DNA of 64,000 nt from Escherichia coli (GCA_020819635.1 GCA_020819635.1_4533.1); one strand, 5' to 3'; positions 48,404 through 56,047 are shown, counted from the first letter of the stretch. The notes: generated by a model from the letters alone, not told the origin. Numbers and translations: made by a program.

Positions 48404-48460
48404 GCGGGGCGCTTGTCGCCCCTATGTGATACATCTTATCAGGTTGATTCAGCTTGTCAA
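48404..48460 (-). promoter_or_regulatory. promoter plus stem-loop cassette (PeSL-like)
   Basis: TTGACA, 16-nt spacer, TAAGAT, then GGGGCG-acaag-CGCCCC. Confidence 0.6.
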
Positions 48461-48461
48461 G

Positions 48462-48662
48462 TTATTTGTTAGCCGGATTATATGCCAGGATCGCGCCACT
48501 TGCTTTCACGCTTTCCGTTTCATAGCTGCGCAAGTTGTCTTCTGTAAGATTGAGCGCGATCACTTCCTCGATCTCAACGTCAGCGGCAAGGGCGATCTCT
48601 TTGATAATGTCTGTTGTTTTCATAGTATGTACCTTATAAGATGATTGATAAGATAGTGACAA
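48462..48662 (-). CDS. hypothetical protein
   Basis: 66-aa ORF. Confidence 0.45.
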   Translation of the reverse strand: MSLSYQSSYKVHTMKTTDIIKEIALAADVEIEEVIALNLTEDNLRSYETESVKASGAILAYNPANK

Positions 48663-48777
48663 CGAAAGCGATTATACTGATGGCAAATGTCATCTTTTTA
48701 CCTTCGGATACTGCCGGATTTTCTACCGTGTATTCTACTGTGTACTTGCTCATCGTGTAATCCTCTCGTTTGCTTTG

Positions 48778-48833
48778 GGAACTATTCCCGCCGCCTTATG
48801 AATTAAATATACACTATCTCAAAATTATTGCAA
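48778..48833 (-). promoter_or_regulatory. promoter plus stem-loop cassette (PeSL-like)
   Basis: TTGCAA, 16-nt spacer, TATATT, then GGGAA-tag-TTCCC. Confidence 0.5.
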
Positions 48834-48848
48834 GCCTTTTCTAAATTT

Positions 48849-49133
48849 TTATGCAGTAAACAAACCATCATTTACAACGGCGGCGATGATCTCCCGTGCC
48901 ATTGATTCAGGGAAAGGGGCGCTATAGTCCTGGCTTGTCTCGTCGGTATCAGTGATCCAATGATAAGCTAACGAGTAAAAGCCTTTACTAACTGTTTTCA
49001 GTGAGATGATGATCACTCGGTCAAGCTTATTGGTGAATGTTGCCGTTAATGTGTTACCCTCCTGCGTCATGTTGGACAAGTAAGCGGGATCATTAATCAG
49101 GGAAAACATTAGCACGGTGTTAGCTTTACTCAT
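48849..49133 (-). CDS. hypothetical protein
   Basis: start set at MSKANTV. Confidence 0.45.
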   Translation of the reverse strand: MSKANTVLMFSLINDPAYLSNMTQEGNTLTATFTNKLDRVIIISLKTVSKGFYSLAYHWITDTDETSQDYSAPFPESMAREIIAAVVNDGLFTA

Positions 49134-49149
49134 GATTGCATCCTCAAAT

Positions 49150-49168
49150 GGGCGCGGCACCATTGCCG
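49150..49168 (-). promoter_or_regulatory. 5'-UTR stem-loop with weak upstream promoter
   Basis: GGCGGCA-ATGG-TGCCGCGCC; -35 not canonical. Confidence 0.4.
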
Positions 49169-49204
49169 CCCTACACGATAACTATAACACAATGTAAAAC
49201 AGGA

Positions 49205-49411
49205 TCAACCTTTATTTTTCCACGGTGTCAGTTTGTTAATCATTGGTGATAAATAACGTTTACCAACGTAAAACAGCACGCCAACTGATGCAACGGCGGC
49301 GATCTCATGCATAGCCGACGGGAAACGGGTATCATAATAAGATCCAATAATAGCAATAGCGGCAACGGCTGCAACGTCGATAATGATTTTTTCTTGTTTT
49401 GCGGTGATCAT
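49205..49411 (-). CDS. small membrane protein
   Basis: 68 aa, hydrophobic AAVAAIAIIGSY segment. Confidence 0.45.
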   Translation of the reverse strand: MITAKQEKIIIDVAAVAAIAIIGSYYDTRFPSAMHEIAAVASVGVLFYVGKRYLSPMINKLTPWKNKG

Positions 49412-49433
49412 AATATTTACCTTTTTGTATGGT

Positions 49434-49490
49434 GGGGAACTATTCCCCGCCTGATGTAATACAGTTTAACAGGTCCGGTTATGGTGTCAA
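49434..49490 (-). promoter_or_regulatory. promoter plus stem-loop cassette (PeSL-like)
   Basis: TTGACA, 16-nt spacer, TAAACT, then GGGGAA-tag-TTCCCC. Confidence 0.6.
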
Positions 49491-49496
49491 CCACTT

Positions 49497-49682
49497 TTAA
49501 AGATATTTTATACTGATAACGTTTTCCGGTTTAACCTTGTTGTGATGTGCATCAACATAGATCAAACCATCGTCAGAAAAGCCCAGGATCACGCCCTGCG
49601 CAATAAAACCGTATTCGTCACGGTAACGCACGGCTATTTTTAATGTTGCGTTGTAGGCTGTTTTAAGCTCGTTTAAAGTCAT
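49497..49682 (-). CDS. hypothetical protein
   Basis: 61-aa ORF. Confidence 0.4.
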   Translation of the reverse strand: MTLNELKTAYNATLKIAVRYRDEYGFIAQGVILGFSDDGLIYVDAHHNKVKPENVISIKYL

Positions 49683-49702
49683 TTTTGTTTATCCTCTACA
49701 TG

Positions 49703-49735
49703 TAAAAAGAAAGGGCGCTAGATGCGCCCTTGTTA
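49703..49735 (-). terminator. intrinsic terminator
   Basis: GGGCGC-atcta-GCGCCC hairpin with flanking T-run. Confidence 0.5.
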
Positions 49736-49902
49736 TGTTAATCCTCTAAATCCATCCAATTATATTTGTCACTCTTCCCGCGCTTTGTTTTATTGCGCTT
49801 GTCGCCTTTGCGGATCACTTCCTCATTCCAGGCCTTGCGGATCTTGGAAGATTGAATTTTTTCTGCGCGATTAGATGTATTCATTTTGTTTCCTCTTTAT
49901 AT

Positions 49903-49957
49903 GAGCGGCACCATTGCCGCTATATTATTAATTTAAACTGTTTTGTAAAATTGTCAA
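49903..49957 (-). promoter_or_regulatory. promoter plus stem-loop cassette (PeSL-like), compressed
   Basis: TTGACA, 16-nt spacer, TAAATT, hairpin GCGGCA-ATGG-TGCCGC. Confidence 0.5.
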
Positions 49958-49963
49958 GGTTTA

Positions 49964-50317
49964 TCATTCATAAGAGCAAGCAAGGATCACGCCTGCAATA
50001 TAAAGCCAATAATTTTCCCTTTCTCGTTGGATTTTATCATCGCTGCTATTCTCTTTAATGTATCCCCAGGATGTTAACAAGCGATCCACTTCCCAATATT
50101 CGAAAGCGATATTAATGTCTGATGGCAAACCTTGTAACCATGATGCAAGTGCTTTAACAATACTATAATTAAAACGTGATTGGTTATCAGGGTACCAGTA
50201 TTCGGAATTAAAACGGCGCATCAATTCCGCGATCTTCTCTTTTTCGGTTGTAATACCATAATCATTAAAATCGATAGCGGCAAGGATGTACTCTTTAATT
50301 GCATTTTGTGCTTTCAT
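49964..50317 (-). CDS. hypothetical protein
   Basis: 117-aa ORF. Confidence 0.5.
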   Translation of the reverse strand: MKAQNAIKEYILAAIDFNDYGITTEKEKIAELMRRFNSEYWYPDNQSRFNYSIVKALASWLQGLPSDINIAFEYWEVDRLLTSWGYIKENSSDDKIQRERENYWLYIAGVILACSYE

Positions 50318-50336
50318 GGTCTTTCTCTCTTTTTTA

Positions 50337-50393
50337 GCGGGAACTCTTCCCGCCCTATGTGTAACAGTTTACTGAAAATTAAATCTGTGTCAA
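50337..50393 (-). promoter_or_regulatory. promoter plus stem-loop cassette (PeSL-like)
   Basis: TTGACA, 16-nt spacer, TAAACT, then GCGGGAA-gag-TTCCCGC. Confidence 0.6.
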
Positions 50394-50396
50394 GTT

Positions 50397-50618
50397 TTAT
50401 TTTGTTACTACCATTTGGTACCCTGTTTCAATGTTGCTAAACACTGTTATCCCGTCCTGGCGTTCACTCATTAGCATACAAGGCGCTAACATCCTTTCTA
50501 CTGCCTTGCACTCGTTGTAAACGGCGGTTATATCTCCTGCTGCCTTGTCTTCTGTAGTAAATGTCTCATTTACGTAAACTTGACCAGCGACAACGGCGAC
50601 AATAGCAAAAGTGATCAT
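50397..50618 (-). CDS. hypothetical protein
   Basis: 73-aa ORF. Confidence 0.45.
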   Translation of the reverse strand: MITFAIVAVVAGQVYVNETFTTEDKAAGDITAVYNECKAVERMLAPCMLMSERQDGITVFSNIETGYQMVVTK

Positions 50619-50691
50619 GATGTTTTTCTCTTTATGTGTTTCGATTAGTTGATATTACAGCAATTCACAGATTAGTTTTTAGCAATTCGTG

Positions 50692-50910
50692 CTATTTACT
50701 CATAACAGTATCGAAAACAAATTTTTCTTTGTTGTCAAAGCTCACGTATCCGATTCGACCACGCAAGCCGCGAGTAGTGCCGTATTCGTAACCGTCAAGA
50801 CCTTTAACCTTCCAATCCACGCCCATTAAAACCGCATTATATTTCTGACCAACTACAAACGCGCCACCAGTTGATTCAATGCAAACAACTTTAATTTTAC
50901 GGATTGCCAT
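50692..50910 (-). CDS. hypothetical protein
   Basis: 72-aa ORF. Confidence 0.45.
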   Translation of the reverse strand: MAIRKIKVVCIESTGGAFVVGQKYNAVLMGVDWKVKGLDGYEYGTTRGLRGRIGYVSFDNKEKFVFDTVMSK

Positions 50911-50950
50911 TTTCTTTCTCTCTTTCTGGTGATTGGTTTCTCTTCTCTAT

Positions 50951-50985
50951 AGCGCCCATTATAAGGCGCTATAACGAAAAGTCAA
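50951..50985 (-). promoter_or_regulatory. sigma70-like promoter with -10 inside a palindrome
   Basis: TTGACT, 16-nt spacer, TATAAT; the -10 sits in the loop of TATAGCGCC...GGCGCTATA. Confidence 0.55.
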
Positions 50986-51178
50986 CGATTATTTTTAAGG
51001 CTTAAAGTACCTAACTTGTCAGCATGACGCAGACCAGGGAAGATCCATTTTCCTGATTCATCTTTTACAGGGGCTTTAAGCGTAGCGCCTAGGTTGGCGG
51101 CGTTAACTTTACGTGCAACGTTGCGAGCGGCTTCACGGGTAGCGAAAGTGATCATGGTGTTTTCCTCTTCTCTTTGTT

Positions 51179-51241
51179 AGGCGGTGGACCATTCCGCCGC
51201 CTTGATGTAATACAGTTTACTTTATTTTTGCAGTATTGCAA
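51179..51241 (-). promoter_or_regulatory. promoter plus stem-loop cassette (PeSL-like)
   Basis: TTGCAA, 16-nt spacer, TAAACT, then GGCGGCGG...CCACCGCC. Confidence 0.55.
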
Positions 51242-51247
51242 GCGGTT

Positions 51248-51460
51248 TTATGAAATAATCGTCAAAGTAAAATTGTAATCACCTGATTGATATAATACTT
51301 TATCACCGAACGTTCCAACACGTTTAACATTGCAATATATACCCATAACACTTTTTACATCTTTGATATTCTTCACGCCTGTAATGTCTTTATTGAAATA
51401 CTCGTCATCTGAAAATAAAACTTGACTTGCATTTTTTAACAGTGTGCGGATATTAGCCAT
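51248..51460 (-). CDS. hypothetical protein
   Basis: 70-aa ORF. Confidence 0.45.
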   Translation of the reverse strand: MANIRTLLKNASQVLFSDDEYFNKDITGVKNIKDVKSVMGIYCNVKRVGTFGDKVLYQSGDYNFTLTIIS

Positions 51461-51483
51461 CGTAATAATCTCTCTTCTGTTGT

Positions 51484-51541
51484 GAGCGGCACCATTGCCG
51501 CCCTATGTAATACAGTTTACTCTTTTTCTTTCCGGTGTCAA
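51484..51541 (-). promoter_or_regulatory. promoter plus stem-loop cassette (PeSL-like)
   Basis: TTGACA, 16-nt spacer, TAAACT, then GCGGCA-ATGG-TGCCGC. Confidence 0.6.
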
Positions 51542-51550
51542 CAATCTTTT

Positions 51551-51778
51551 TCAGATCAATTCATCCAGGCATAACAGGCGATCAACGTTGAGATCGGTTA
51601 GGCTGATGGTTGGCACCTGGTAGGATTCGATGTACTCGACGCTTGCATATTCCCCAAAATTAGCAATAGCCCACTTATTCAAGATCTCACATACATCATT
51701 AATCTTTTTGTTTGTTACAACTGCAATAACCTGGGAAGTGCCAACGGTGCCGGATACGCGAACAATATTGATAGCCAT
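51551..51778 (-). CDS. hypothetical protein
   Basis: 75-aa ORF. Confidence 0.45.
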   Translation of the reverse strand: MAINIVRVSGTVGTSQVIAVVTNKKINDVCEILNKWAIANFGEYASVEYIESYQVPTISLTDLNVDRLLCLDELI

Positions 51779-51799
51779 AATCTTTAATCTCTCTGTTGT

Positions 51800-51859
51800 T
51801 GGCGGGAAACCACTTCCCGCCCTATGTGATACATCTTACACTAATTTTAAACGTTGTCA
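51800..51859 (-). promoter_or_regulatory. promoter plus stem-loop cassette (PeSL-like)
   Basis: TTGACA, 16-nt spacer, TAAGAT, then GCGGGAA-gtggt-TTCCCGC; near-identical to the copy at 54746. Confidence 0.6.
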
Positions 51860-51869
51860 ACTGTTTTTA

Positions 51870-52109
51870 TTACATTCCAACCATTGCAGCACGGATCGCC
51901 GTAGTGCTATACTTGAATCCGTCCGGCGTTGTAGTAGTACCGTTGGCTTTTAATCTGCGGTACATACATTCCGCAGCAATATCTTTAGTTCTACTTTGTG
52001 CGATGCAACTTTGAGCAAGCCGATACAATGACTCACCGTTATTAATCCATAAGGAAACATTCCAATGAGTTTTGTTTTTGTGACCTAAGAACATTTTAGA
52101 TTTAGCCAT
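51870..52109 (-). CDS. hypothetical protein
   Basis: 79-aa ORF. Confidence 0.45.
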   Translation of the reverse strand: MAKSKMFLGHKNKTHWNVSLWINNGESLYRLAQSCIAQSRTKDIAAECMYRRLKANGTTTTPDGFKYSTTAIRAAMVGM

Positions 52110-52132
52110 GATTTTTCTCTCTTTTTCAGTGA

Positions 52133-52192
52133 GGCGGGAAGTGTTCCCGCTCTCTATGTAATACAGTTTACTCTTTTTATTGGTGCTGTCAA
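52133..52192 (-). promoter_or_regulatory. promoter plus stem-loop cassette (PeSL-like)
   Basis: TTGACA, 16-nt spacer, TAAACT, then GCGGGAA-cac-TTCCCGC. Confidence 0.6.
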
Positions 52193-52198
52193 TGCTTT

Positions 52199-52564
52199 TT
52201 ATAAATCTTTTTTACGTTTAACATCGCTCGCATGACTGTATACAGTGATCCCATTGTCACGGCAAAAACGGGAAAGATACGCGCCGCGTGAAAACTCTTT
52301 ACCTTCCATATTAATAACCTTGCTAAACTCTTCCAGGGCGACGGTATCAAAATGATCACCATAGCCATATTGAAACGGAACGTTAACCACCTCGATCAGT
52401 TTACCGCCGATCTCAACGTCAACCATTAAAGAAAAATATGTGTTACCGTAGGACTGTTGAAACCAGCGACGGGCGCTAATATGCACCGCCTCAATGCTGG
52501 ATAATTCAATTTTAGCCGTGTTAGCCAGGGTAGCATAAGCGGAAACATTGATATTAATAGCCAT
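52199..52564 (-). CDS. hypothetical protein
   Basis: 121-aa ORF. Confidence 0.5.
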   Translation of the reverse strand: MAININVSAYATLANTAKIELSSIEAVHISARRWFQQSYGNTYFSLMVDVEIGGKLIEVVNVPFQYGYGDHFDTVALEEFSKVINMEGKEFSRGAYLSRFCRDNGITVYSHASDVKRKKDL

Positions 52565-52590
52565 GGTGTCACTCTCTCTTTTTGGTTAGT

Positions 52591-52642
52591 GGGAAGTATT
52601 CCCGATAAAAGTTATTATGCTTATACTATCACTCATTGTCAA
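52591..52642 (-). promoter_or_regulatory. promoter plus stem-loop cassette (PeSL-like)
   Basis: TTGACA then CATAAT/TAATAA -10 region, hairpin GGGAA-tac-TTCCC. Confidence 0.5.
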
Positions 52643-52870
52643 TAGTATAAGACTAAAACTTTTAACGATAATCGTTATAGGCTTTATTGACCTGGCGAAT
52701 GTAACATTCGAAAGCAAGATCAATGTATTCGTATTCACGCACATAATCACCATAGGTCACTACATACATTTTTAAAGTTTCCTCATAAGCCAGGAGGATC
52801 GAATCTAAACCTATAATCTCAGTTTTTGCAATGATAGCCATGATGTTAACCTTTTATTGTTGGCGGCACC

Positions 52871-52927
52871 ATTGCCGCCCTACGTGATAAACTATACCAG
52901 AAGTTTAAACAGTGTCAACCGTTTTTA
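52871..52927 (-). promoter_or_regulatory. promoter plus stem-loop cassette (PeSL-like)
   Basis: TTGACA, 16-nt spacer, TATAGT, then GGCGGCA-ATGG-TGCCGCC. Confidence 0.6.
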
Positions 52928-53287
52928 TTCGTAAATTTTACCGCTTTCGGCCCATACCATAACGCGGCGCATACTATCCCAAGTGTTTTGATCCAGGTTT
53001 AAGCCGTGCAACTCTTCGGTACTTCCCAGACCAGGTACCGCCTTGTTATAAGTTGCATATAAGCGCCCTTGATACTCATACGCTAGGGTGAGATCCGTTT
53101 GAATCATCTTTTTAAGCATAGCATTAAGCATCGTGTTAGCGGCATATTGATCACGTTTTAGCGGTAACATGTCAATAAGGGCGCGATAAGCTGAAACATG
53201 AATATCAACCGTTTCACGTGGTAAATTTTTCATATCGTCGCGGAAAGATACCAGATTAAACATGATAGTATTGATTTGCTTGCTCAT
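52925..53287 (-). CDS. hypothetical protein
   Basis: 120-aa ORF. Confidence 0.5.
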   Translation of the reverse strand: MSKQINTIMFNLVSFRDDMKNLPRETVDIHVSAYRALIDMLPLKRDQYAANTMLNAMLKKMIQTDLTLAYEYQGRLYATYNKAVPGLGSTEELHGLNLDQNTWDSMRRVMVWAESGKIYE

Positions 53288-53308
53288 TGTGTTACCCTTT
53301 TTTGTTTT

Positions 53309-53369
53309 GGCGGGGAAGTATTCCGCCGCCCTATGTGATACATCTTATCAGATTAAAAAACGTTGTCAA
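53309..53369 (-). promoter_or_regulatory. promoter plus stem-loop cassette (PeSL-like)
   Basis: TTGACA, 16-nt spacer, TAAGAT, then GGCGGCGGAA-tac-TTCCCCGCC. Confidence 0.6.
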
Positions 53370-53501
53370 GAATATTTTTTAGAAAATAATAGCCGCTACT
53401 ACAACCCAAAATGGAACGGCGAAAATGATAGCGTTAATCGTTCCAACCGTCAAGCTATTTTCTTTATTAATCATTGTAAACCTCTTGCATAATTTCACTA
53501 T

Positions 53502-53560
53502 GAGCGGCACCATTGCCGCCCTACGTGGTAAATATTATGCCAGTGGCGGCGATATGTCAA
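53502..53560 (-). promoter_or_regulatory. promoter plus stem-loop cassette (PeSL-like)
   Basis: TTGACA, 17-nt spacer, TAATAT, then GGCGGCA-ATGG-TGCCGC. Confidence 0.6.
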
Positions 53561-54123
53561 AGACTATTTTCAAAGTTTTCTAGTGCGATCCTTTTTTCTT
53601 CCTCTGTCGGCTGATAATCAGGAAAAGCATCAACACACAACAACGGCGGGATCTCTTCGTACTCTTCCTCTTCCGTTGTCTCCTCGTCTTCCTCCTGGGC
53701 TATGGCTGCAATTTTGGCTAATTTTCTTTCAGCTTGAATCAATTTACCATCAAGTACGTTTTTTGCCATGTTGTAAGCGGTCCAGGTGATGCGCTTACTT
53801 TCCAATGCTTCATCAAGCGCCGCTATCTTGCTGGGGTATTCATCCAGGACACGAAAAGCCGGATCAATTTTGTACAAAGGATTATCTTTCGCGCCGTCGC
53901 TCGCATCTTCCGCACTGGATAAATCAGCGTTACCATTTGCCAGCCAACCAGGGCGCACATAACGCGCTTTTACGTTGCCGTTACTACGTGCTAATCTGTT
54001 ACCTATTTGCTCACCGCTATATCCCGTGGATTCATCGATAAGATGATCGGGAATGATGCGCGGATCATCTGCTTCATGTTTTACCCAAGACTGGATCACA
54101 TATTCGCGGCCCATATTAACCAC
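53557..54123 (-). CDS. hypothetical protein with acidic C-terminal region
   Basis: 188-aa ORF; start uncertain. Confidence 0.5.
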   Translation of the reverse strand: MVNMGREYVIQSWVKHEADDPRIIPDHLIDESTGYSGEQIGNRLARSNGNVKARYVRPGWLANGNADLSSAEDASDGAKDNPLYKIDPAFRVLDEYPSKIAALDEALESKRITWTAYNMAKNVLDGKLIQAERKLAKIAAIAQEEDEETTEEEEYEEIPPLLCVDAFPDYQPTEEEKRIALENFENSL

Positions 54124-54373
54124 CTTTTTTCAACAATTGGCATACTTTAAAAAGACTTGCTGAATCCTTGCAAGGGTAGAAAGATGTACGATAATCACGT
54201 ACGCCAACCTTGCGGATCTCGATGTTTTCGCATGTTGTTTGATCAAAGATATTTATTTCATCACGCCCCCTTATATAAACATAGTGGGGATGTATTAACG
54301 CATATTTTGCTAATCTGTAAAAAGCGTTATCTTTGAACGCGATCACGTGACCTTTTAATTTGATGTAAAACAT
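54116..54373 (-). CDS. hypothetical protein
   Basis: 85-aa ORF. Confidence 0.45.
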   Translation of the reverse strand: MFYIKLKGHVIAFKDNAFYRLAKYALIHPHYVYIRGRDEINIFDQTTCENIEIRKVGVRDYRTSFYPCKDSASLFKVCQLLKKGG

Positions 54374-54390
54374 TCTACCACCTTACAAAT

Positions 54391-54446
54391 AGCGGGAACT
54401 ATTCCCGCTTTATGTAACATATTAACAAATTATTCGTTAATGTCAA
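54391..54446 (-). promoter_or_regulatory. promoter plus stem-loop cassette (PeSL-like)
   Basis: TTGACA, 16-nt spacer, TAATAT, then GCGGGAA-tag-TTCCCGC. Confidence 0.6.
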
Positions 54447-54449
54447 GCC

Positions 54450-54722
54450 TTAAAGCAAAAACGCTACATCTTGCGCTTTTAGTGTAGTATCAACCATTTT
54501 TGGGCTTTTATAATCAACAAAGCGCGCGGTTTTTTCAATAGCGAAACCGAGATAATCTTGTTTATTGAATTTACATTCTTTCTTAAATGTTTCCCGCGCC
54601 ACGGTGATCGCTGCGTCCAGGGATAAACGCCCGTCAATGTTGATGTTAGCGAAAGATCCGCCACCGCTCATAGGTTTACCAGTTGTGCCAGCTACGATCA
54701 TTGTTGCGCTATATGATGCCAT
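54450..54722 (-). CDS. hypothetical protein
   Basis: 90-aa ORF. Confidence 0.45.
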   Translation of the reverse strand: MASYSATMIVAGTTGKPMSGGGSFANINIDGRLSLDAAITVARETFKKECKFNKQDYLGFAIEKTARFVDYKSPKMVDTTLKAQDVAFLL

Positions 54723-54745
54723 GATGATAATCTCTCTTCTGTTAC

Positions 54746-54806
54746 GAGCGGGAAACCACTTCCCGCCCTATGTGATACATCTTATCAGGTTGTTGTTTGT
54801 TGTCAA
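54746..54806 (-). promoter_or_regulatory. promoter plus stem-loop cassette (PeSL-like)
   Basis: TTGACA, 16-nt spacer, TAAGAT, then GCGGGAA-gtggt-TTCCCGC. Confidence 0.6.
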
Positions 54807-54812
54807 TAGTTT

Positions 54813-55012
54813 TTATTCTATTCCTGCGATTTGATTAACGCGCTTGCATTTTGTAGCGTGCTGGTCTTCTGTAATGACTCCCATTTCTAACAGGGAATCA
54901 ATGAAAGATAAAACCGTTTCATGATCATCCTGGGGGTGACTGAACTCAGTAAAACCGTTTACCACTACGTTGATTTGTCCAGCTTTCGCCACAATGTGCA
55001 ATGTTGCCATGA
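54813..55012 (-). CDS. hypothetical protein
   Basis: start set at MATLHIVAK; ORF-table extension (LVGRQWCRS) translates the hairpin. Confidence 0.45.
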
Positions 55013-55028
55013 TCTTAACTCCAAATAG

Positions 55029-55088
55029 TGAGCGGCACCATTGCCGCCCTACAAGATGAATACTACGCCGCCGCCTGGTTAACGTCAA
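55029..55088 (-). promoter_or_regulatory. promoter plus stem-loop cassette (PeSL-like), first of array
   Basis: TTGACG, 17-nt spacer, TAGTAT, then GGCGGCA-ATGG-TGCCGC. Confidence 0.55.
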
Positions 55089-55196
55089 CCATTTTTCAAT
55101 CTTTTTTATTTTCTTTTTGCTTGCTATATATAAAGAAAAGGGCTATTATCTTTCTACCGCGCCAACCAGGGCGCACAACAAAGAAAGGGCGATATC

Positions 55197-55463
55197 ATGA
55201 CAAATACTACATTACACCTTATGCACTCATTGGGCTGGCAAGGCGGCACGGTGCACCAGGTAGCAAGCGCAACGGGCTTAAAGGTTGAAACCGTTCTCAA
55301 CCTGGGCGATCATAAGGTGGAAGAGATAGATCATTTTGATACGTTCGCAAATGGTTATCTATGGGCTTGCAGTGGCGGCGGGGAAAGCAAGATACCACCA
55401 GGGGCGCGGGGCGATATGTATTTTTGGTTAGGTGTCCTATCCTGGCAAGAAAACAAAAAATAA
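55197..55463 (+). CDS. hypothetical protein (isolated plus-strand ORF)
   Basis: 88-aa ORF with AAGGG RBS; GC-richer than surroundings; reality uncertain. Confidence 0.3.
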   Translation: MTNTTLHLMHSLGWQGGTVHQVASATGLKVETVLNLGDHKVEEIDHFDTFANGYLWACSGGGESKIPPGARGDMYFWLGVLSWQENKK

Positions 55464-55465
55464 TC

Positions 55466-55494
55466 TTGACAAGCCCAGGGATCGGGCTTATACT
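55466..55494 (+). promoter_or_regulatory. strong sigma70-like promoter
   Basis: TTGACA, 17-nt spacer (itself an AGCCC...GGGCT inverted repeat), TATACT. Confidence 0.5.
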
Positions 55495-55499
55495 GTTTT

Positions 55500-55700
55500 A
55501 CATACAGAAGAGGAAGCGCCACCCCACGGCGTAAAGGCGGGGCTAACATACCAGGGGGCACTGGTTGGAAGGTTGATCGCCGGTAGGCTGGGTGCTATAT
55601 ATTTGTAAAGAAATGTAAAGATAAAATAATCGCTTGCTTTCCTGGCTGGATCTGTTATTCTTATTACATGGCGAGGGGACACGGGAGCGCGAGACAAACA
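55500..55700 (+). ncRNA. candidate small non-coding RNA, GC-rich and structured
   Basis: directly downstream of a consensus promoter; no plausible ORF; locally GC-rich in an AT-rich genome; only Pro/Arg-rich antisense ORFs. Confidence 0.2.
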
Positions 55701-55722
55701 CCGCCCCTGCGCGTCATTCTCT

Positions 55723-55838
55723 AAATGAGAATGATTGTCATTTACCTTATTAAATAAGAATCAATCTCATTTATAAACTTAAATGCGAATCATTATCATT
55801 TGCATTTCCATATGAGAACTCTTCTCATTTTCACCTGC
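55723..55838. repeat. four tandem 29-bp repeats with palindromic core (operator or iteron-like)
   Basis: copies start at 55723, 55752, 55781 and 55810 (exact 29-bp period); core aAATGaGAATnaTtnTCATTT with inverted-repeat symmetry. Confidence 0.6.
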
Positions 55839-55851
55839 ATAAAAATTTTTG

Positions 55852-55910
55852 TAAACTTTAAATTTTGCTTTTGTACTTTCATTTTTGTAAAAGCAAAAAA
55901 ACTTTAAATA
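55852..55910. repeat. AT-rich direct repeat, copy A (about 58 bp)
   Basis: TAAACTTTAAATTTTGCTTTTGTACTTTCATTTTTGTAAA...ACTTTAAATA; about 85% identical to copy B. Confidence 0.5.
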
Positions 55911-55989
55911 CTGTGGGCGCGCAAAATTTTTAAAATTTTCCTTGACTTTTGAGTTTTGTTTTGTATCTAACATTTTAAGATAATTTTCC

Positions 55990-56047
55990 TAAACTTTAAA
56001 TTTTGGTTTTCAACTTTCACTTTTGTAAATTCTTAAAAAGTTTAAAT
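55990..56047. repeat. AT-rich direct repeat, copy B
   Basis: TAAACTTTAAATTTTGGTTTTCAACTTTCACTTTTGTAAA...GTTTAAATA, 138 bp downstream of copy A. Confidence 0.5.

Noticed and set aside
44812-55088. N-terminal extensions of array genes in the ORF table (for example MTPDHAYIIIYHVGRAIQQAHKEEKK and MTLTRRRRSIHLVGRQWCRS)
   Set aside because: These residues are translations of the promoter and hairpin cassette; better starts with ribosome-binding sites lie downstream of the hairpin, so the starts were trimmed.
44250-55100. Possible CRISPR array, because of the recurring GC-rich 18-20 bp inverted repeats
   Set aside because: The repeats are 300-900 bp apart at irregular spacing, each lies with a promoter in front of a protein-coding ORF, and the repeat sequences vary; this is a promoter/stem-loop cassette array, not a CRISPR locus.
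55355-55697. Two minus-strand ORFs (68 and 69 aa) rich in Pro/Arg/Gly
   Set aside because: They arise from the GC-rich candidate ncRNA region, lack start context, and their composition is typical of spurious frames in GC-rich DNA.
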